A stretch of DNA of 64,000 nt from an uncultured Acidobacteriaceae bacterium (GTDB taxonomy: Bacteria; Acidobacteriota; Terriglobia; Terriglobales; Acidobacteriaceae). Location: NCBI GenBank assembly GCA_963797895.1, contig CAWCRD010000002.1:63281-127280 (forward strand), read 5' to 3'. Shown one piece after another: positions 58,420 through 64,000 of this stretch (the stretch's first letter is position 1; each line of letters starts with the position of its first letter). The position numbers and the translations under genes were made by a program. The notes beneath the pieces were generated by a model that searched no databases, was not told the DNA's origin, and worked only from the letters and a program-made list of their open reading frames with translations.

Positions 58420-59118
58420 CTACGGCTGCGGCATGACGAGCTGGTGAGCGATCGCGAACAGAGCAAGCTCGAGACGGGTGGAGACGCCGGTCTTGTCGAA
58501 GATGTTCGACAGGTGGCGCTTCACCGTCTCTTCGCTGATGGCGAACTGCTTGGCGATATCGCGATTGGAGCAGCCTTCGACAATGCAGCCGACCACTTCC
58601 AGCTCTCGCGGCGTTAGGCCGTAGGTCTTGCGCTCCGGCACGGCGGCTTTCTGCATGAGCTCGTGCAATGCGCCGACCAGGTTCACGACGCGCTGGCCGT
58701 TGATCCAGTAGTCGCCCTGCATGACGGCATCGATGGCGCTGGTGAGCTGGTCGATGAGCGCGTCTTTTGTGACGATTCCGCGTGCGCCGATCTGCAGCGC
58801 CTCGATGATCTGCTGGGTGGAGATGGTGGCGGTGAGCAGCAGAATTTTCACGCGCGGCGAGCCGCTCATGATGGCGCGCATCGCCTCCAGGCCGGGCATG
58901 CGGGGCATGGAGAGATCGAGCAGCAGGATGTCAGGCAGCAGCTCGAGCGTCTGCGTGATGGCCTCGTCGCCGTCCGACGCCTCGCCGACCACGTCGAAGT
59001 GACCTTCGGCGCGGAGCATGTTGCGGACGCCGATGCGTACCACCGGATGATCGTCGGCGAGCAGGATGCGGATGCTGGAATTGCGATGCTCGGTGGCTGC
59101 GGGTGCGTTTGGGCTCAT
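58420..59118 (-). CDS. NarL/LuxR-family response regulator (REC plus HTH_LuxR)
   Basis: IRILLADDHPVVR ... DILLLDLSMP (REC). LTPRELEVVGCIVEGCSNRDIAKQFAISEETVKRHLSNIFDK (LuxR HTH). Confidence 0.92.
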   Translation of the reverse strand: MSPNAPAATEHRNSSIRILLADDHPVVRIGVRNMLRAEGHFDVVGEASDGDEAITQTLELLPDILLLDLSMPRMPGLEAMRAIMSGSPRVKILLLTATISTQQIIEALQIGARGIVTKDALIDQLTSAIDAVMQGDYWINGQRVVNLVGALHELMQKAAVPERKTYGLTPRELEVVGCIVEGCSNRDIAKQFAISEETVKRHLSNIFDKTGVSTRLELALFAIAHQLVMPQP

Positions 59119-59951
59119 CTGGCCTCCCCAGAAGCTGCACTTGTATGGGCTGCGCTGTTGATCATGCTTTGCTCCACATCATCGCAGGCGCTGCGCATTT
59201 GGTGAAACAGGTATTCGTAATCGTCGCGGGGAAGCTCCCCCGCTTCGAATCCGGCGGCGATCGTTGCTATGCCTGGAACGCCGGCCATAGCCGCGGATCC
59301 CTTGATGGCATGGGCGCAGCGGCGCAGCCCGGCGTCGTCTCCTTCCGCGGAGTAGCGCTCCATCTCCCGGATGCGTTGCCGTGTATCGGCGACATAGACG
59401 GTGTAGAGCTCGCGAATGGCGCTGGGCGGCATGATGGCCTGCAGCTTGGTTACCGTGGAAGAATCGAGCGATGGCGGAAGGCCGGCCGCGCGCCGGCGAG
59501 ATGGGGCAGCGATCGATGGGGCTGGCGCGCCGGAGATGGCGGCAAGGAGCAGGTCGCGGTCAATCGGTTTAGCCAGGTACTCGTCAAATAATGCCAGGTC
59601 ACCCTGGGGCAGCGGCGATGCGCTCATCGCGATCACGCGGGGACGCGGCTGAGGCAGTGACTTTATATAGCGTGCTATGTCGGTTCCGCTGACTTCAGGC
59701 ATCTGGTGGTCTACCAGGATGATATCCGGTAACCGTGATGGTGGCTTGAGGGCGTGAAGCCCCTCCTCGCCGCCGGTGGCGCGCGCCACTTCCGTTCCTG
59801 AGTCCGCCAGCAGCAGAGATACGAGCTCCAGCACGATTGGATCGTCGTCGACGAGCAGGACGCGCCGCGCCCTCGAACCGGTATGTGTTTCGCTGGCCAG
59901 TGTTTTCAGACCTATATGGAGCCGGCCGGGGGTCCGCGCCCACAGTGGCAT
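59115..59951 (-). CDS. Response-regulator receiver domain fused to an Hpt phosphotransfer domain; start set at 59951 (alternative 59978)
   Basis: RVLLVDDDPIVLELVSLLL ... DIILVDHQMPEVSG (REC). RCAHAIKGSAAMAGV (Hpt HxxKG). The upstream 180 codons of ORF 59115..60497 look non-coding. The stop overlaps the NarL start (ATGA). Confidence 0.8.
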   Translation of the reverse strand: MPLWARTPGRLHIGLKTLASETHTGSRARRVLLVDDDPIVLELVSLLLADSGTEVARATGGEEGLHALKPPSRLPDIILVDHQMPEVSGTDIARYIKSLPQPRPRVIAMSASPLPQGDLALFDEYLAKPIDRDLLLAAISGAPAPSIAAPSRRRAAGLPPSLDSSTVTKLQAIMPPSAIRELYTVYVADTRQRIREMERYSAEGDDAGLRRCAHAIKGSAAMAGVPGIATIAAGFEAGELPRDDYEYLFHQMRSACDDVEQSMINSAAHTSAASGEAR

Positions 59952-60162
59952 AGTACGGCAAAGCTTTGCTGGTTGCATCAATTGTTGGGCAGGGTGCCCA
60001 ACAAGGAATACCCGGTGCTCTCTATTATCTTCAATTTCCCGGGCATGTTGGCGTTCGCGAGTGCGGCATGGGAATGCGGGGGTCCCTTGGCGGGACGCTT
60101 GGGGGCGCACTAACAGCCGCGGTGATTGTTCCGTCCGCGCCGGTTGCGTAGAGTAAAGCGAC

Positions 60163-62502
60163 ATGAGCGAAGGCCCAGACGAAAGGTCGCCGGCGAAAGA
60201 CCGCACTGAGCGCCTTGAGGCGCAACTGGCCGCGGTTACGGCGCGTGTCTTCCAGTTGGAACGGGAGGTGGCGATCCTGCGCGGAACGCCACCGCCGATC
60301 GCGACCACTGGGCCGATGGCGGGACGCTGCTGCGCCGGATCGAGGTACCCGATTGGCGGGAAGCGGCGGCTGTGCCCGTGACAGCCGCGACGCGGTCGGA
60401 TGTGGAGCAAAGGCCTGCTGAACCATACATCGCACCGCCGGCCGCGCCTGTAGCGGCCCGCGAAGAGCGCTCGTTGGAAAGTCGTGTGGGCTCGCAATGG
60501 TTTAACCGCATCGGAATTGTCGCAGTGCTGATCGGTGTGGCCTGGTTTCTGAAGTTCGCCTTTGACAACCAGTGGATTGGGCCTGCGGGACGCATTCTGA
60601 TTGGTCTGCTGAGCGGCGCCGCATTGATTGCCTGGTCGGAGCGCTTTCGCGCGAAGGGATTTGCGGCGTTCTCCTATTCGCTCAAGGCGGTCGGCAGCGG
60701 CGTTCTGTATCTGTCGTTATGGGCTGCGTTTTCGATGTACCACCTGGTCCCCTCCAGCGTAGCCTTCGCGGGCATGGTGCTGGTGACGGCGTTCAACGCC
60801 TTCATCGCGTGGAGGCAAAGTGCGGAGCTGCTGGCGGTCTATGCGATTGTGGGCGCGTTTTCGACCCCGCTCCTGCTATCGACCGGGCGCAACGAGGAGG
60901 TCTTCCTCTTCAGCTATCTGCTGATGATGAACGCGGCGACGATGGCGCTGCTGGTGCTGAAGGGCTGGAATCGGCTGCTGGTGCTGTCATTCCTCGGCAC
61001 GGTGGGCTTTTACTGGGGCTGGTACTGGCAGTTCTACGCGCCGGCCGCATTTGTTACTACGACGGTGTTCCTCTCACTCTTCATCCTGCTGTTTGCGGCG
61101 GCGACCATACTGGCGCGGCAGAAGCATGCGCACGCGGAGCAGGGCGATGTGGCGCGAGTGCTGATCAGCATGGCGAACGCCGCCTTCGGCTTTCTGGGTT
61201 TTTACGCGATGCTCTCGCATGACGGAACCGCTCGGAATACGGCACTGGCATGGTGCTCTGTCGGCTTCGGCGCGTTTTACCTCGGCGTCCGCAAATGGAT
61301 GGAGCGAACTCCGATTGCGGGAACGCGCCTGGCATCCCTCTCCGACATTCAGCTTTCGATCGCGATCGTCTTCCTGACGCTGGCCGTGCCGCTGGCCGTG
61401 CATGGGCATTGGGTGACGGTGGGCTGGATGACGGAGGGCGCAGTGCTGGTCTGGGTCGCGACGCGCATGCGGCACCCGGCTGATGCAGGCGCTTGCCAGT
61501 GGCGCCCTGGCGCTGGGGCTGATCTCGCTGGCGATGGATGCCACCATCGGACAGACGCAGGTGATCTGGAACACGCGCTTTCTCAGCTTCGCCGTCTCGA
61601 TCGCGTCGCTCGCGATCTGCGCGCTGCTGGCGCGACGCGAGATCGGACGCGAGACATCGACCATCTGGGAGACGCTGGCGGCGGCTTGCGCGGTGACAGC
61701 GCAACTACTAGTGGTGATCACCGGGCTGCTGGAGATTCACACTTTCTGGTGGAGCGGAGCCCAGCCGGGGCATTATGGGTCTGAATCCCTTCTCGTGTCG
61801 AACACGGTGCTCACGAGCGCCATCTGGCTGGTGGCGATCAGCGCGCTTGCGCATTGGATCGCGGTCCGAAGGCCGCTTTCCGCCACCTTGCGGGATGCGC
61901 TGCGATGGGAGGCGATTGCGCTGCTGGGGTGCGGCGTACTGGTGCTGTTCTCGGGGCTGGATGCAGCCCGGCAGTCGGTTTTTCTCAATCTTCGTTTCGT
62001 CACGTTCCTGATCGTGATTGGCGCCCTGGTGTGGACTGCATGGCTGAGCCGGGAGGCTGTTGCGGAGCGTGGCCGGGATTTCTGGGCGTCTTTACCTCGC
62101 GCAGCGATGCTGGCGGCGAACCTGCTGGTGCTCGTCGCGGTGTGCTTCGAAATATCGACGTACTGGGCGACGCGCACGCTGGCGGCTGCGCCGGGATCGC
62201 AGATCTACTACGCTGCCGTAGCCGATCGCCATATGGCGGAGAGGTTCAGCTACTCCGCATGGTTTCTGCTGGCCGGTGGGCTGCTGCTGGGCGCAGGATT
62301 CCGGCGGCGCTCCGCGTGGCTACGCTGGCAGGGACTTGTGCTGCTGGCGGTTACGATCTTTAAGGTCTTTCTGCTCGATACCAGCACGCTGAGCCAGGGC
62401 TACCGGATCATCAGCTTTCTCGCCCTTGGCGCGTTGCTGCTGGGTGTGAGCTTCGCTTACCAGCGCGACTGGCTGCACCTACGCGCTGGAGAGATCAAGT
62501 GA
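60163..62502 (+). pseudogene. DUF2339 family polytopic membrane protein, disrupted by a clear frameshift near 61470-61485 and possibly another near 60280-60372
   Basis: Three colinear ORFs in alternating frames. 60163..60381 is the coiled-coil N-terminus (ERLEAQLAAVTARVFQLEREVAILR). 60372..61784 reads SLESRVGSQWFNRIGIVAVLIGVAWFLKFAFDNQWIGPAGR plus many TM segments, then a junk tail. 61483..62502 adds more TM repeats. Confidence 0.75.
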
Positions 62503-63776
62503 TCGCTCGTACGGGCCTGGCGGTGCTGTCATCGGTGCTGGCAGCGCAAGCGGTGCAGCCGGCGTTCCACTACGAGCGGCCGGTCGAGCTAGCATCTGTT
62601 CCGGCCGCAGAGACCTGTGTCGTGCTTCCGGCGGACCTGCTGGCTCATGCGGCGCCGCAGTTTCAGGACCTGCGGGTGATGGCCGGCGGGCGCGAGGTGG
62701 CTTATCTGGCGCGCATCTCCACCGACGCTGGAACGGAAGTGGCGCGTCCGCAGCAAATCCTCAATCTGGGGCAGCAGAACGGCGCGGTCAGCTTTGATGT
62801 GGAGATGACGGAGCCGCGCTACAGCCACGTGCTGCTGCGCATGGGGCGCTCGCATTTCTCCGTCCTGATTCGGGTGACGGGGACGCAGCGGCCCGGCGAC
62901 CGCGGCATCTCGTTTCTGGAGATTGCGTATAGCTCGAATGCGGATGAAGACGAACCACAACAGCGGCTGATCTCGCTGCCGGAGAGCAATTTTCGTTACC
63001 TGCATTTCGAAATACGGACGCTGGCACTCGAACCGGTGACGCCCCAGGACATCGCCGGCGTGGATGTACTGATTGCGAAAGCGGAGCCTGCGCGATACGT
63101 GCAGGTGGCCGTTGCGGGCCAGGCGGTGCAGAAGCCGCATGCGACAGTCTATGAATTCGCATTGCCGCCAAACGTGCCGGTGGATCGGCTCACTTTCACC
63201 AGCGACGATCCCGACGCAATCTTTTCCCGCACCGCTGATCTGGAGCGGTATCCGGCGCAGGCTTCACACACGCAGGCGGCAGACGAGGCTCATCCCGAAG
63301 TGCCGCGGCAGAGCGAAGGCGTCTTGTTGAGCCATGCGCCTCCTCGCAAGCGCGAAGTGGCGTCCGGCGTCGGGAACATAGAGCTGGCACTCGGTACGGT
63401 GCGATATGCATCCACCATCCGGCTGACGATTCAGAACGGTGACGACACGCCGCTGGCTCTGCACGCGATCAGCTTGCAGATGCGAGAGAGGCAGGTCTGC
63501 TTCCTGCGCAAGCCCGGCACGTCCTACGTGCTTCGTTACGGCGATCCGGCGCTCGGCGCGCCCGAGTACGATCTGTCGCCGCTCCAGGCAGCGTTATCGA
63601 ACGTATCGCTGAGTACGCTTGGGGCGGAGCGGGCGCTGACGCCGGAGACGAATAGGAGCATCCCGTTTACGGAGCGCCATCCGGTGCTGCTGTGGATCGC
63701 GCTGATCCTGGTGGTGGGCACGCTCGGCTTTGTGGCGTTGCGAAGCGCGAAGAAGGGAACAGGCGATAGGGAGTAG
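62499..63776 (+). CDS. DUF3999 family protein (signal peptide, C-terminal TM anchor)
   Basis: 425 aa. The GTG start overlaps the DUF2339 stop (GTGA). C-terminal anchor VLLWIALILVVGTLGFVAL. The DUF3999 assignment rests on the overall pattern and on my recollection that DUF2339 and DUF3999 co-occur. Confidence 0.6.
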   Translation: MIARTGLAVLSSVLAAQAVQPAFHYERPVELASVPAAETCVVLPADLLAHAAPQFQDLRVMAGGREVAYLARISTDAGTEVARPQQILNLGQQNGAVSFDVEMTEPRYSHVLLRMGRSHFSVLIRVTGTQRPGDRGISFLEIAYSSNADEDEPQQRLISLPESNFRYLHFEIRTLALEPVTPQDIAGVDVLIAKAEPARYVQVAVAGQAVQKPHATVYEFALPPNVPVDRLTFTSDDPDAIFSRTADLERYPAQASHTQAADEAHPEVPRQSEGVLLSHAPPRKREVASGVGNIELALGTVRYASTIRLTIQNGDDTPLALHAISLQMRERQVCFLRKPGTSYVLRYGDPALGAPEYDLSPLQAALSNVSLSTLGAERALTPETNRSIPFTERHPVLLWIALILVVGTLGFVALRSAKKGTGDRE

Positions 63777-63880
63777 GGACCGGGAATTGGCGAGTCCGCG
63801 TGAACAGCAGATCCCTCCACTGCGCCGGGGTCGCTCCGCGTCACGGCTCCGGATGACGAAATCCAACTTGATTTCTGCGG

Positions 63881-64000
63881 CTACCGCATCGATTCGATTT
63901 CGGTCAGCCAGTCCGGGCTTTTCAGTATCTCGCGCGGCTTTGAGCCGTCGGCGGGGCCGACGAGACCATCGCGCTCCATCATGTCGATCAGGTGCGCGGC
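63881..64000 (-). CDS. ftsK: 3' end (gamma domain) of DNA translocase FtsK/SpoIIIE; truncated by the window edge
   Basis: The minus-strand translation AAHLIDMMERDGLVGPADGSKPREILKSPDWLTEIESMR* matches the FtsK gamma winged-helix C-terminus (RAARLID.ME..GIVGP..GSKPREVL). Confidence 0.75.
   Translation of the reverse strand, partial: AAHLIDMMERDGLVGPADGSKPREILKSPDWLTEIESMR

Noticed and set aside
59952-60497. 5' extension of about 180 codons on the REC-Hpt ORF. Similar long N-terminal extensions occur on ORFs 20716..23580, 23430..23933, 25464.., 27119.., 33476..34663, 50711..52669 and 56614..58404.
   Set aside because: The extensions have a non-protein-like composition, and several overlap neighbouring genes or terminators. 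Internal starts give canonical N-termini (signal peptides, the REC domain, the PadR or ADOP N-terminus), often with ATGA/GTGA coupling to the neighbouring gene.

Overview
The window looks like a high-GC chromosomal segment from an Acidobacteriota-type genome. That assignment is an inference from family content: a PadR plus ADOP duplicated permease pair, a DUF5107/TPR protein, many secreted glycoside-hydrolase-like proteins, and a DUF2339-DUF3999 pair. I call about 50 protein genes. I found no rRNA, tRNA, CRISPR array, transposase or integrase.

Main blocks:
- 1-10.3 kb: a partial Tad/Flp pilus locus (tadE-like, cpaB, cpaC secretin, DUF192, two Flp pilins). On the same strand it is followed by two tandem paralogous GT-C-like membrane proteins and a SAM methyltransferase.
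- 10.4-16.1 kb: an imuA-imuB-dnaE2 SOS mutagenesis cassette. imuB is split by a frameshift.
- 16.3-29 kb: envelope and carbohydrate genes (DUF5107/TPR, CBM9-like, PadR-ADOP permease, GH39, MgtC/DUF4010, a Tat-secreted GH-like protein).
- 29.5-43.3 kb: housekeeping and signalling genes (pyrG, GAF-GGDEF, moaA with a possible Moco riboswitch, a ypdA homologue, an orphan histidine kinase, YciI, a DHFR-family protein).
- 43.5-64 kb: a Big_2 plus S1-peptidase lipoprotein, an ABC-2 exporter with TetR, oxidoreductases, OmpA, a REC-Hpt plus NarL pair, a DUF2339-DUF3999 pair, and the 3' end of ftsK.

No recognisable defence system or clearly novel multi-gene system is visible. Items worth a second look:
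- a cluster of perfect palindromes with a TGTTCCACGTGGAACA core at 43.33-43.53 kb;
- a 19-nt motif shared by the flp and imuA upstream regions;
- the Flp pilin / GT-C paralogue / methyltransferase arrangement;
- three clear frameshifts and one possible frameshift, all at short homopolymer runs;
- tandem Ig-like modules that keep the same peptide with diverged codons.

All functional calls come from reading motifs in the supplied translations. No database search was run.
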